The notes: generated by a model from the letters alone, not told the origin. Counted from the first letter of the stretch, positions 10,929 through 21,513 are shown. The stretch is DNA of 64,000 nt from Limnospira fusiformis SAG 85.79 (GCF_012516315.1 NZ_CP051185.1:3413363-3477362); one strand, 5' to 3'. Numbers and translations are program-made.

Positions 10929-13322
10929 ATGTGGCAGGTGCAACCATCCCGAAAAATTCCTGATTGGATGATAGCAGAAATCCGGCGACATCACCCTAAT
11001 ATTTCCGGGAAATACTTGTCTCAACTGTTACTCTCTCGGGGAATTTCTACACCGGAAAAGTTGACTAGATTTCTGGAAATTGACAGCTATCAACCCGCCA
11101 GTCCCGCTGAATTTGGGGCGGAAATGCAGCAGGCGATCGCTCGATTAACTCTCGCTTATCAGAGATGTATCAGCCACAATAACCCTGAAAAAATCGTGAT
11201 TTGGGGAGACTTTGACCCAGACGGTATCACCGCGACCGCCGTTTTGTGGGAAGGGTTGCGACAGTTTTTTGGGTCCTCTGTTTCCTACACTATTCCTAAC
11301 CGTTTGACCGACTCCCACGGACTAAACCAACCGGGAATTGAAACGTTGGCGGCGCAAGGTTGTAGTCTGATTATTACCTGCGATACCGGAAGCACAAACT
11401 TAGCCGAATTACAACTCGCGCAAAATTTGGGTATTGATGTCATTATCACAGACCACCATACCTTACCACCCACACGACCCCCCGTCGTGGCGATTATTAA
11501 TCCCCGCAATTTACCCTCAGACCATCCCCTTTATCATCTCTCAGGAGTAGCGATCGCTTATAAGTTAGTAGAAGCATTATATATGGCTTTACCAGGCGTT
11601 TCTCAACAGCCTTTAGAGAATTTACTCGACTTAGTGGCTATTGGTTTAATTGCGGATTTGGTTGAAATTACCGGAGACTGTCGCTACTTAGCCAAACGGG
11701 GGATTCAACAACTCCAAAAACAACAGAAAAACCCCACCCGTCCGGGAGTTTCCCAATTGCTGAAATTATGCAAAAACAATGGCGATCGCCCTACGGATAT
11801 ATCCTTTGGTATCGGTCCGAGAATTAATGCAGTTAGTCGCATTTATGGGGACGTTAGTTGTGTGGTGGAATTACTCACCACCCGCGACACCCAACAGGCG
11901 TACAAATTAGCCTGGAATACGGAAATAGCCAACAGTCGCCGCCGAGAGTTGCAGAAAAATCTCGCCTATGATGTGCGGAAAAAGCTGCAAAAAATCGACT
12001 TATCTACTACTTATGCGATCGTCCTGAGTGACCCTCAATGGTATGTGGGATTATTAGGATTAGTCGCGGGTCAAATCGCCCAAGAATATCGTCGCCCCAC
12101 TATTTTACTGACTACCGAAGGCGGTACCGAAACCGGACTAGCTAGGGGGTCAGCCAGTTCAATTCATCCTATTGACCTCTATGATTTAGTATATAGTCAA
12201 CGGCATCTATTGCATAGTTTTGGGGGTCATCCTTTCGCCGCCAGCTTGAGTTTACCCATTGAGAATATCCCCATATTTAAACAAGTCATAGACCAGCAAC
12301 TCCGACAACGTATGGGGGGAATATTACTCCCTCAATCTCCCATTATAGTCGATTTGGTTTGTACTGTGGCAGAATTGGGTTATAATTTATTCCAAGAACT
12401 AAAATTGCTCGAACCCTGTGGAATAGGAAATCCAGTCCCCAAGTTATTAATTAAGAATTGTTGGTTTGAGAATGTTTGGAATAAAAATATTGTGGATTTA
12501 CGGGGTAAAAAAGTTAAGTATATTAAGACTACCTATCAGCTATTTGATGATTCTACGGAATCAGGTTGTGCTGGGGTTTGGTGGGGTCACTATAAAGAAG
12601 AATTACCCCCCGGTCGATATGATGCGATAGTCGAGTTGGATTTTAATACTAATAGAAGTAAGTGCGAAGTGCGATTATTAGCTGTGTGTCCAGCCTTATC
12701 AGAAACGGAGATTAACCCGCCATTAATTACTGTTGAGATAGTGGATTTTCGGAATCGTGAACATGGGGAAAGTACAGTTTTTCCTGGTGAGAATAACCCC
12801 ATAGAAAGTAGTTATTTGGTGGTGAGTAATTGTCCGACCAGTTGGGAGGAATTAACAGCCAAGTTTATTGAGGCTTTCAACGCTGAGAAAAAATTGGCGA
12901 TCGCCTATTCTCTCCCTCCCAGAATATCACCCCCAGAAGTGTGGGAAAAACTCACCGAAATCGCGGATAATTTAAGCCATAATCACCAAGGGATTAGTCC
13001 CCAGGAATTACGAGAAATCTTGGGAATTGGGGATATAGCTTTAAGTAGGGGTTTAGATTGTTTAAAATCCCTAGGCTACCAGATAGAATTAGCCGAGGAT
13101 ACCCCATCAAATAAGCAGTTATATATTACCTCCCGGACTACTGCTGACCGGGGGGATATCTGTGAAGATGACGATGATTTTGCCACCTTACTAGACATCT
13201 TTTTTATCACCATTGAAGAAGAAAAATTTACCCGCCAATATTTCTGTGAAGTTTCCCTAGAAACCATCCAGGCTACCTGTAGAATGAGTCAACTCAAATC
13301 AATTTATAGTTTCCCCGGATAG
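10929..13322 (+). CDS. recJ: single-stranded-DNA-specific exonuclease RecJ (DHH/DHHA1 family)
   Basis: Motifs IWGDFDPDGITA and ITDHHTLP (DHH), with a long cyanobacterial-type C-terminal extension. Confidence 0.9.
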   Translation: MWQVQPSRKIPDWMIAEIRRHHPNISGKYLSQLLLSRGISTPEKLTRFLEIDSYQPASPAEFGAEMQQAIARLTLAYQRCISHNNPEKIVIWGDFDPDGITATAVLWEGLRQFFGSSVSYTIPNRLTDSHGLNQPGIETLAAQGCSLIITCDTGSTNLAELQLAQNLGIDVIITDHHTLPPTRPPVVAIINPRNLPSDHPLYHLSGVAIAYKLVEALYMALPGVSQQPLENLLDLVAIGLIADLVEITGDCRYLAKRGIQQLQKQQKNPTRPGVSQLLKLCKNNGDRPTDISFGIGPRINAVSRIYGDVSCVVELLTTRDTQQAYKLAWNTEIANSRRRELQKNLAYDVRKKLQKIDLSTTYAIVLSDPQWYVGLLGLVAGQIAQEYRRPTILLTTEGGTETGLARGSASSIHPIDLYDLVYSQRHLLHSFGGHPFAASLSLPIENIPIFKQVIDQQLRQRMGGILLPQSPIIVDLVCTVAELGYNLFQELKLLEPCGIGNPVPKLLIKNCWFENVWNKNIVDLRGKKVKYIKTTYQLFDDSTESGCAGVWWGHYKEELPPGRYDAIVELDFNTNRSKCEVRLLAVCPALSETEINPPLITVEIVDFRNREHGESTVFPGENNPIESSYLVVSNCPTSWEELTAKFIEAFNAEKKLAIAYSLPPRISPPEVWEKLTEIADNLSHNHQGISPQELREILGIGDIALSRGLDCLKSLGYQIELAEDTPSNKQLYITSRTTADRGDICEDDDDFATLLDIFFITIEEEKFTRQYFCEVSLETIQATCRMSQLKSIYSFPG

Positions 13323-13373
13323 TCGCCATTGTAGCACCGAGAAGCGATCGCCTTTCCAGCCACTTCCGCCATT

Positions 13374-14066
13374 TTAGGGATTGATTGACAATCTTTGTAC
13401 AAATTCCTGATATTCTGGGGTAGCTATTCCTTCCTGTAACTTAGCTAAAACCTGCGCCATATTACCCGATAATAGCGCATTTACATCTAACCATAAACCT
13501 GGGAAAAATGTACTTTTCAGACAACCAGAATTATCTATCTGTTGTAGCTGATAGCGTCCTTCACAGAGTACATACCAGCGAAATTCTGACCCATCAACCA
13601 GCCAGACTAAATATTCCCTTACACCATTACGGCGATAGGCGTGTAGCTTATCGTGGAGGTCTTTTGAGGCGCTACTGGCTGCAATTTCTACAATCAATTC
13701 TGGCGGTCCTTCTATATAATCATCCTCACTAATGCGCGACTGTCCCCCCGCCGCCTCTTCGATACGCAATAAAGCATCTGGTTGCGGTTCATTATCCATG
13801 TCTAGGCGAACACTTGCGTTATCCGCCACTTGAGTCTCTGGTGTAGAAGCTGCATAAACTTGTAACCAAGTGATGATTTTGGCGTGAGGGTCGGCGTGTT
13901 GTCGGACCCTAACAGGGGATGTCATATAAACGACTCCTTCCACTAATTCAGCCTTTTTTATATCCGGTAGCAAACTATAGCGCCGCTCAAATTCTATCAT
14001 CGATAAGCGATCGCCATTTTCCAAAGTTGGGAGAATTGTCTGAGAACCTGATGGAGTATAATTCAT
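13374..14066 (-). CDS. Uma2 family endonuclease (DUF820), copy A
   Basis: Typical Uma2 N-terminus (LSMIEFERRY...AELVEGVVYMTSP) and C-terminal core. 230 aa. Confidence 0.8.
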   Translation of the reverse strand: MNYTPSGSQTILPTLENGDRLSMIEFERRYSLLPDIKKAELVEGVVYMTSPVRVRQHADPHAKIITWLQVYAASTPETQVADNASVRLDMDNEPQPDALLRIEEAAGGQSRISEDDYIEGPPELIVEIAASSASKDLHDKLHAYRRNGVREYLVWLVDGSEFRWYVLCEGRYQLQQIDNSGCLKSTFFPGLWLDVNALLSGNMAQVLAKLQEGIATPEYQEFVQRLSINP

Positions 14067-14149
14067 AACATCACCTAACCATTAAAGTTGTAAAAGTCTA
14101 TTATTTATTATAGCTATCAGCGATCGCCTTTCCAGCCACTTCCGCCATT

Positions 14150-14842
14150 TTAGGGATTGATTGACAATCTTTGTACAAATTCCTGATATTCTGGGGTAGC
14201 TATTCCTTCCTGTAACTTAGCTAAAACCTGCGCCATATTACCCGATAATAGCGCATTTACATCTAACCATAAACCTGGGAAAAATGTACTTTTCAGACAA
14301 CCAGAATTATCTATCTGTTGTAGCTGATAGCGTCCTTCACAGAGTACATACCAGCGAAATTCTGACTCATCAACCAGCCAGACTAAATATTCCCTTACAC
14401 CATTACGGCGATAGGCGTGTAGCTTATCGTGGAGGTCTTTTGAGGCGCTACTGGCTGCAATTTCTACAATCAATTCTGGCGGTCCTTCTATATAATCATC
14501 CTCACTAATGCGCGACTGTCCCCCCCCCGCCTCTTCGATACGCAATAAAGCATCTGGTTGCGGTTCATTATCCATGTCTAGGCGAACACTGGTGTTGTCA
14601 CAAACCATAATGTTAGGCGTAAAACTGCGGTAAAAAACCAGCCAACCCATAACATCACTATGAGGTTTTCCGTGTTGTCGGACCCTAACAGGGGATGTCA
14701 TATAAACGACTCCTTCCACTAATTCAGCCTTTTTTATGTCCGGTAGCAAACTATAGCGCCGCTCAAATTCTATCATCGATAAGCGATCGCCATTTTCCAA
14801 AGTTGGGAGAATTGTCTGAGAACCTGATGGAGTATAATTCAT
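14150..14842 (-). CDS. Uma2 family endonuclease (DUF820), copy B
   Basis: Near-identical to copy A except for a ~30-aa patch (GKPHSDVMGWLVFYRSFTPNIMVCDNTS versus ADPHAKIITWLQVYAASTPETQVADNAS). Confidence 0.8.
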   Translation of the reverse strand: MNYTPSGSQTILPTLENGDRLSMIEFERRYSLLPDIKKAELVEGVVYMTSPVRVRQHGKPHSDVMGWLVFYRSFTPNIMVCDNTSVRLDMDNEPQPDALLRIEEAGGGQSRISEDDYIEGPPELIVEIAASSASKDLHDKLHAYRRNGVREYLVWLVDESEFRWYVLCEGRYQLQQIDNSGCLKSTFFPGLWLDVNALLSGNMAQVLAKLQEGIATPEYQEFVQRLSINP

Positions 14843-14911
14843 AACATCACCTAACCATTAAAGTCTATTATTTATTATAGCTATGATAGCCGGATAATAC
14901 CGCTTCATGAA

Positions 14912-15523
14912 TTAGCAAATAGGTAATTTACCCGATCGCACAGCGTGTATATATTCACTACCAGAATCCGGCCATCCCCGCCGATACGAGGCTTCTCCTG
15001 GCTGTCCCCAACCCAATTGTAACAACATCTCTAAGAAATGGGATTTTTCCCACTTCCAAACACAAGCCCACTCAGTCCTTTGGGCGATCGCATCTATATC
15101 AGAACCCTTAATTTTGCGGTGATTTTTCCCACCATTCAGACTCAAATATAAATCCATATTTTGCGTCACCCGATACCAGAAATCAATCAACCTATCCTTA
15201 GCCTGTTTGAGAATTGCCAAATCTTCTGGTAAAGCAATCAGTTGTTCTCCAATCATCGGATAATCTAGGCTAATTTCTGCCACTTGTATCTGTCGCCACA
15301 CAATCCCAGAAACCTGATTTTCCCGTTGATATTCATGAACCGCCGCCTTAAAATCCTGATAGGCGGTAAACTTCTGAATAGCATCAGGTTTCAAAAAGTG
15401 ATCAATCACCGGATTTCCCACCCCAGGGGTCGCCTTTAAATTCAGTCTTTTACCGTTTAAACAAGCCCTTTTCTCCTCTTGCAAAATGTGTAGCAGTTCC
15501 TGTGTAGTATAAACTTTGGACAT
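14912..15523 (-). CDS. conserved hypothetical protein
   Basis: 203-aa ORF with good coding appearance; no motif I can name. Confidence 0.45.
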   Translation of the reverse strand: MSKVYTTQELLHILQEEKRACLNGKRLNLKATPGVGNPVIDHFLKPDAIQKFTAYQDFKAAVHEYQRENQVSGIVWRQIQVAEISLDYPMIGEQLIALPEDLAILKQAKDRLIDFWYRVTQNMDLYLSLNGGKNHRKIKGSDIDAIAQRTEWACVWKWEKSHFLEMLLQLGWGQPGEASYRRGWPDSGSEYIHAVRSGKLPIC

Positions 15524-15611
15524 GGAAACTATCCCCTAAAAGGCAGCGGGAGGCAGCCCATAACAATTAGTAATTAACTATTAATTGACTCCTCCCGGAA
15601 CTCCTGATTTA

Positions 15612-16737
15612 CTAAGCAGACTGATTATCAATCACCTGATTTTCTTGGCGTAGATAGGCTTGAATAAACCCATCCAATTCACCATTCATCACATCATTAA
15701 TAGCCGTCGTTTCCTCACCAGTCCGCAAATCTTTAACCATCTGATAGGGATGAAATACATAGTTGCGGATTTGATTTCCCCAAGCCGCCTCTACCAGGTC
15801 GCCGCGAATTTCTGCGATCGCCTGCGCCCTTTGTTCCTGCGCCACGACCAATAACTTAGCTTTCAGTAAAGCCATGGCTTTTTCCCGGTTTTGTAGTTGG
15901 CTACGTTCCTGCGTACAACGAACCGCTATCCCCGTGGGAATATGAACTATGCGGACCGCCGTTTCCACCTTATTGACATTCTGACCACCCTTTCCCCCAG
16001 CGCGAGACGTGGTAATTTCCAGGTCTTTTTCCGGGATATCTAAATTTATAGCCCCTTCATCCAGAATCGGCATGATTTCCACTCCCGCGAAACTGGTCTG
16101 GCGTTTACCATTGGCGTTAAATGGGGAAATTCTGACCAGGCGATGGGTTCCTTTTTCTGCCTTTAAATAGCCATAGGCGTAGGGTCCCTCCATTTCCAAA
16201 GTAGCAGATTTAATCCCCGCCTCGTCTCCTTCCGAAATTTCCGCCAGGTGGACCTTATAGCCTTGGGCTTCCCCCCAACGGGTGTACATTCGTAATAGCA
16301 TTTCCGCCCAGTCTTGGGCATCCGTACCCCCCGCCCCAGCGTTAATGGTCAAAACCGCCCCACTGCGATCGTAGGGACCCGATAGCAGTTGCTGTAACTC
16401 CCAGCGATCGATATCCCGACCGAGATGGACTACATTAGACTCAGCCTCCTGTCGTAGGGACTCATCATCCTCTAACTCTAGTAACTCTGCGATCGCCCCA
16501 GTATCTTCCAGCGTCTTTCGCCAGTCCTGCTGTTGTTGCAAAACCGATTTAAGGTCACTCAAAGTCTGGAGCGTCTTTTGTGCCTGGGTTTGATCATCCC
16601 AAAAGTTCGGTTGAGCTGCTAATTGTTCCAAGTCTTGAATTTTGGCTTCAATGGCGGGTACGTCAAAGATACTCCTGGGTTTTACCCAGGCGGTCTGCCA
16701 ACAATTCGATTTCTCGTTTAATCTCTGCCACTTCCAT
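15612..16737 (-). CDS. prfB: peptide chain release factor 2, with programmed +1 ribosomal frameshift
   Basis: GGQ motif and RF2 core in the 339-aa ORF. A 24-codon leader ORF starts with ATG at 16737 ([24 protein letters not shown]) and ends in the canonical CTT TGA C shift site (TGA at 16663..16665). The +1 frame continues DVPAIEAK... into the main ORF. Confidence 0.9.
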
Positions 16738-16805
16738 TGCGATCGTTACACACTCAGCACAGTATCTAGCGATTATAGCGCTATTTGCTAATCAGAAACA
16801 GTCAA

Positions 16806-16848
16806 AAACCCGGTAATGATGTCCCACAGACTCACTACCGGGTTGGTA
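16806..16848 (-). terminator. hairpin plus U-run (AACCCGGUA...UACCGGGUU UUUU) downstream of the PEP-CTERM gene at 17076..17660
   Basis: 9-bp inverted repeat followed by TTTTT on the minus strand, ~230 nt past the stop. Confidence 0.4.
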
Positions 16849-17075
16849 CGCCAATATGAATATATACCTAGTGATTTTTAGTAGATGCCTATTTTTTCCT
16901 GTGGGGGTCAGTTTACAAAACCCCCTCCGAACCGAAAACCAATCTTAGAACCTGCTCCTACACAGCCTGAATGTGACAAGTGATTTGGCGAATACAATAA
17001 TCAACCCTGATATCTAATCTATCGCCTAGTTTTGGAAGCTCAGTCAAGATCTAAATTGTTCCTACTAACTAACGT

Positions 17076-17660
17076 CTAGTTTTTGCCAGAGATCGCTTTT
17101 TGACCAACCATCATACCGCCAACGGCTACCAAACCTAACAGCATTCCCGGTTCGGGAATTTCTGTCCGGCCGCCTGGTCTGCTGCTGGGGGTGTCGAACA
17201 CATACAGAGTCGCATGAGACAAGCCAGGTCTTCCTGTTTCCCAGTTTAAATTCTCTAATTGGTCGATCCCGTCAAACAGATAAGCCGCAAAACCTGGACC
17301 ACCTTTGATCACAAAGGCAAAAGTGGAATCTTTGAGGCTATCATCAAAAAACGTCAGAGTCCCTTTACCTTCACTGGTGCTGGCGATGGTGAAAAAGGCG
17401 TTCTCACCAGTGCTTCTATCAACTTTGTAGTCGTCTAGTCTAAAACCATCGATTACTGTTTGACCAAACATAGATTCAATGGCAGAAACATTGTCATTTC
17501 CACCACTATCTTGGCAAATGTAAGTTAATCCCGCAAACAAATTTTCTTGGCAAGTGGCAACGTTGCGAGGTTTTTGGGCCATGGCATCCGGTGCCAAGGT
17601 GGACACTAAGCCAGCGGCTAAAACTACGGAAGTTACTATATTTAATAATTTAACTTTCAT
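17076..17660 (-). CDS. PEP-CTERM sorting-domain secreted protein
   Basis: N-terminal signal peptide. C-terminal IPEPGMLLGLVAVGGMMVGQK + basic tail, i.e. the PEP-CTERM exosortase motif. Confidence 0.75.
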   Translation of the reverse strand: MKVKLLNIVTSVVLAAGLVSTLAPDAMAQKPRNVATCQENLFAGLTYICQDSGGNDNVSAIESMFGQTVIDGFRLDDYKVDRSTGENAFFTIASTSEGKGTLTFFDDSLKDSTFAFVIKGGPGFAAYLFDGIDQLENLNWETGRPGLSHATLYVFDTPSSRPGGRTEIPEPGMLLGLVAVGGMMVGQKAISGKN

Positions 17661-17752
17661 CTTGGCTCTCCAAAAATCTAGGTGGGACTAGGCTGGAAAC
17701 ATGGCGCTTGTTTCCCTATCTGTTCACCATTATACCCAACACCACCAGAACC

Positions 17753-17800
17753 GTCCTCAGTGTTTGTACTGATTTACAGGATCTTTACATAATGCTCACA
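17753..17800 (-). promoter_or_regulatory. conserved upstream element shared by both PEP-CTERM paralogs (copy 1)
   Basis: cctcagtgtttgtactgatttacaggatctttacataa lies ~95-140 bp upstream of the start. Near-identical text sits at the same offset upstream of the paralog. Confidence 0.5.
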
Positions 17801-18018
17801 CTTACTTTAAGTTTCTGTTAAGTAAAGTATCCGCTATCCAATCCTATCATTTATGGATGCAATACAGTTAATAATTGACGCTAATAGATATTATCAGTTT
17901 ATTTAAACTTCTTTAATTGCGGAAATTCTAGTTATCCTAACTAACTATAGTCGTATTTTCTATGATTCCCGTGAACTTAACCCCTAGAGCCTGACTCTCC
18001 ACAGAACCCCGAAAAGGA

Positions 18019-18066
18019 GATAACCCGGCAATTAGTCTTAAAGACCATAGCACCGGGTTATTGTCC
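18019..18066 (-). terminator. hairpin terminator after the PEP-CTERM gene at 18102..18674
   Basis: Perfect 9-10-bp inverted repeat ATAACCCGG/CCGGGTTAT followed by a U-rich tract on the minus strand. Confidence 0.45.
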
Positions 18067-18101
18067 CTAGTTTTTGAAGTTGAGTAGAGATGCTAATTCA
18101 T

Positions 18102-18674
18102 CTAGCTTTTGCGAGAGATGGCTTTTTGACCAACCATCACACCACCAATGGCTACTAAACCTAACAGGGTTCCGGGTTCAGGAACTGGTATTGGGGGAAT
18201 TGGGCTATCGAACACATACAGAGTCGCGTGAGACAGACCAGGGCCACCAGTTGACCAGCTTAAATCAGTTAGTTGGCTAATACCGTCAAACAGATAAGCT
18301 GCAAAACCGTTACCACCTTTGATCACAAAGGCAAAGGTAGAATTAGCCAGTGTGGAGTCGAGGAAGTTCATGGTCCCGACACCTTCACCAGTGCTGGTGA
18401 TGTCGAAAACATTTGCGATCGCGCCACTGCTGTCATCAACTTTGAAATCGGCAATTACTTCTCGTTCAAATAGCGCTGCAATGCGAGTAGCATTGTCATT
18501 TCCAGCGGGTCCACCAGATTGTTCCCGACACTCTTCAAACAAGCCACCAAAAATATTATCTTGGCAAGTGGCAGCGTTGCCAGGTCTTTGGGCCATGGCA
18601 TCGGGTGCAAAGGCGGACACTAAACCAGTGGCTAAAACTGCGGCTGTGGCAATATTTAAAAATCTAACTTTCAT
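18102..18674 (-). CDS. PEP-CTERM sorting-domain secreted protein (paralog)
   Basis: Signal peptide. C-terminal VPEPGTLLGLVAIGGVMVGQKAISRKS. Confidence 0.75.
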   Translation of the reverse strand: MKVRFLNIATAAVLATGLVSAFAPDAMAQRPGNAATCQDNIFGGLFEECREQSGGPAGNDNATRIAALFEREVIADFKVDDSSGAIANVFDITSTGEGVGTMNFLDSTLANSTFAFVIKGGNGFAAYLFDGISQLTDLSWSTGGPGLSHATLYVFDSPIPPIPVPEPGTLLGLVAIGGVMVGQKAISRKS

Positions 18675-18767
18675 TTCCGTCCTCCAAAAATATAAATTTA
18701 ACTAAGCACTAAACACGAGGTTAGCTGTTTCAATATAGTAATTATTATACACGAGATGACCCATTCT

Positions 18768-18812
18768 GTCTTCAGTGTTTCTACTGATTTATAGTATATT
18801 TACATAAGGTTT
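18768..18812 (-). promoter_or_regulatory. conserved upstream element shared by both PEP-CTERM paralogs (copy 2)
   Basis: cttcagtgtttctactgatttatagtatatttacataa at the same offset as copy 1. Confidence 0.5.
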
Positions 18813-18967
18813 AGATGGGCTTTATAACTTTAGGGAAATTAACCCAAGATGATAAAATATTGTTAGCTGTAGACAACAAGTAATTAAGAATTGACTGTTT
18901 TTGATTATATGCAATTTTTTTTTGCGGGGGAAATTTTAGTGAGAGTAGCTAGATATGGTCCAATTTT

Positions 18968-20137
18968 CTACCATTGAGGTGAACTTAACCCCCTCAGTTT
19001 TACATCTTCGGAGAAGGTACCCTGGATCAGAACCCCAAAGTTACCTAATCCCATGGGGTCAATTAGGGAATGTAAAGCCTCCCGCCGCCGTAATACTTGG
19101 GAAATTTTTGGGCCTTCGGAAACGGTGGCTATACGATCGCCTAATCCCAAAGCCATCATAAATAAAGCCTGTTGGGTAAAGCCGATGGTTTGGAGTCCCA
19201 GCGATCGCCCTTTTTGCTGTAAGGCGGTAAAATCTACATGGGCGGTTATATCCTGTTCACCTATATATATATAGGGGTTATTATGATGGCGATGTTGATA
19301 GTAACATTGTAGGGTTCCTTCCCGGCGGGTCGGACTATAAAGGCGATCGGCACTATAGCCATAATCAATAGTTAGCACAAATCCCCGCCGCAATTTTCTA
19401 GCCACAGTTTCTACCCACCCCAAAGCGGCTAGATTAACCTCGGTTCGGTAGCCTTCGGGGTAAGCCTCCGATAATAAATCAATACCGACTAACCGAAAAT
19501 AGTCAGCTAGTTGGGGGGTGGAAAGTTCCCCGACTACTTCGGCTAATTGGTAATCGGATTTTGACCCGGTAGTGGTTAGATAAATTTCCTGTAATTGATT
19601 ATTCTGGCGGGTGACTAAATGCACCGGGAAAGCGTCGATTAATTCATTGGAGAAAAAACATCCGGTAATTGAATGGTTGGCAATTTCATCTAAATCACAC
19701 CAACGGATTTGGGTAAAGGGTGCGCCCAATTGCTGAAAGCGCCGCTGTTGTTCGGTTTTTAGTCGCGTGGATTTTTCGGCGATCGCATAATCTAATACCC
19801 CGACAACTTGGGGATATTGTCCTTGCAGATAGCCGATAATATCCGCAGCTAAAATTCCTTGACCCGCCCCCATTTCCACTAAGGTAAACGGTTCCGGCTT
19901 TCCCAAAATTTCCCACATTTCTACTAACTGTTCAGCTAGTAACTCGCCAAAATCTGAACCTAGGTGAGGGGAAGTGAAAAAGTCCCCCTGTGCGCCTATT
20001 TGGGGGGAGTTATGGTTATAGTAGCCCTGTTTGGGGTCATAGAGTGCCATCTCCATATACTCCGCAAAAGTAATCCGATTTTGGGGATGGTTGCCAATTC
20101 GTTGACTAATGCGATCGACCAGGGTTACAGATACCAT
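18968..20137 (-). CDS. class I SAM-dependent methyltransferase, MidA/DUF185 (NDUFAF7-like) family
   Basis: LVEMGAGQGILAADI glycine-rich SAM motif; length and architecture of COG1565. Confidence 0.65.
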   Translation of the reverse strand: MVSVTLVDRISQRIGNHPQNRITFAEYMEMALYDPKQGYYNHNSPQIGAQGDFFTSPHLGSDFGELLAEQLVEMWEILGKPEPFTLVEMGAGQGILAADIIGYLQGQYPQVVGVLDYAIAEKSTRLKTEQQRRFQQLGAPFTQIRWCDLDEIANHSITGCFFSNELIDAFPVHLVTRQNNQLQEIYLTTTGSKSDYQLAEVVGELSTPQLADYFRLVGIDLLSEAYPEGYRTEVNLAALGWVETVARKLRRGFVLTIDYGYSADRLYSPTRREGTLQCYYQHRHHNNPYIYIGEQDITAHVDFTALQQKGRSLGLQTIGFTQQALFMMALGLGDRIATVSEGPKISQVLRRREALHSLIDPMGLGNFGVLIQGTFSEDVKLRGLSSPQW

Positions 20138-20469
20138 ATATCACCAAAATTTCCGCCCACAACTTCCCATTATATCATAGAAATTTTCCCCAACCTAATG
20201 ATTTATATGGTAGTGGAATAATCCCCGGAATAGGGGATTTCCTCCCCAATTTCCCCTAGTCTTCTATTACCAAGATATCCCCATATTTGGGAGGCTTTAT
20301 TTTTCCGTTAAACTTGATTCCCATCATAATGGTCAATGCGGTTAACCTCCCCATTGGGGTGATGCTTTAGGTCAGCGACTGTGGGGGATTAATGGGAATA
20401 GCCCCGAGGTGGCTTTGTTTTTCCAGAACTTACCCCGGAGACTGTCACCCCCAAATTGACGATTTATTA

Positions 20470-21420
20470 AGTTTTTACCATGGCTTCTTGATGGTGCGAT
20501 CGCCCTTTTTGTCCCTACAGTTCAAAAATGTGCTATCTTGGGGTTAACTATTTGTCCAAAATATCTACAGCTAATGGGTTCGGAGATGGAAATTTTCTCG
20601 GAGGTCGGCAATGGCACTACTTTTCAATTTAAATTAAATGTGCTAGTCCGAGAACATCACCCTAGGGACAATGGTGCTAAAACTTATCAAAATTATCAGC
20701 CAAAATTAGACGATTATCCTCGGGTAAATAATCGGCGTGGTCAACATCTGATTTTGATGGTTGAGGAGAATTATTATAATCGGCAATTACTCCACCAAAT
20801 TCTATCACCTCATTTTGGAATTAATGCAAGCGGTGGCTACTCAACTTAGTTTTCCCCGGCCACAGGCTGGTCTTGATCAACAACTTAAACAAGCTAATTT
20901 TAAACTAGACCGTTTGGCGCGCTTAGATGGATTAACTCAGTTGGCAAACCGTGGCAATTTTCATGAATTTTGGTGGCGGGAGTGGCGGCGTATGCACCGG
21001 TAAAAGTTGCCTTTATCCTTGATTCTGTGTGATGTCGATTACTTGAAAAAATATAACGATACTTACGGACATTTAGCGGGTGATAATTGCTTAATTAGAG
21101 TAGCTCAAGCTATCCAAGAATCAGCTATGCGTCCGGGGGATTTGGTGGCTCGTTATGGGGGGGGAAGAGTTTGCCATTATTTGATCAAATACTAACTGCG
21201 AAGGTGCTATACAAGTGGCTATGCGAATCTAGGTGGCAATTCAACAATTAAATATTCCCCTGCCTCTCTGGTGAGCGATCGCATTACTGTTAGCCAGGGT
21301 ATTTCTAGCATAATTCCATCTATTAATACCTCCCCGAACTGTTAAAATCCGCAGAGTCTGCCCTATATCAAGCTCAAGAAAAAAGCCGCAATACTTATAT
21401 GGTATGCAAAATGGAACGGG
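20470..21420 (+). pseudogene. decayed multidomain signalling gene (HATPase_c end, receiver-like region, GGDEF) split by several frameshifts and missing its N-terminus
   Basis: Three short ORFs in different frames read GLTICPKYLQLMGSEMEIFSEVGNGTTFQF (histidine-kinase ATPase end), [24 protein letters not shown]...RYGGG (GGDEF) and ITVSQGISSI...LYQAKKK (GGDEF end). Confidence 0.6.
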
Positions 21421-21513
21421 GCTAATTCTTAATTATTCATTAACTTTTTGATAACCACTTGCTAGTTATAGTATGATAGGATAGTATAGTTATCAATTCA
21501 GGATAAATTAACT

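Larger units (their letters stand above)
13335..14890. repeat. tandem duplication, 776-bp unit x2 (gene plus flanks)
   Basis: Identical flanking text on both sides of each copy (gcgatcgcctttccagccacttccgccatttt... / ...cataacatcacctaaccattaaag). Confidence 0.85.

Noticed and set aside
20470-21195. Three small signalling proteins (103, 80 and 62 aa)
   Set aside because: They are consecutive, frame-shifted pieces of one degraded HK/GGDEF gene rather than independent genes.
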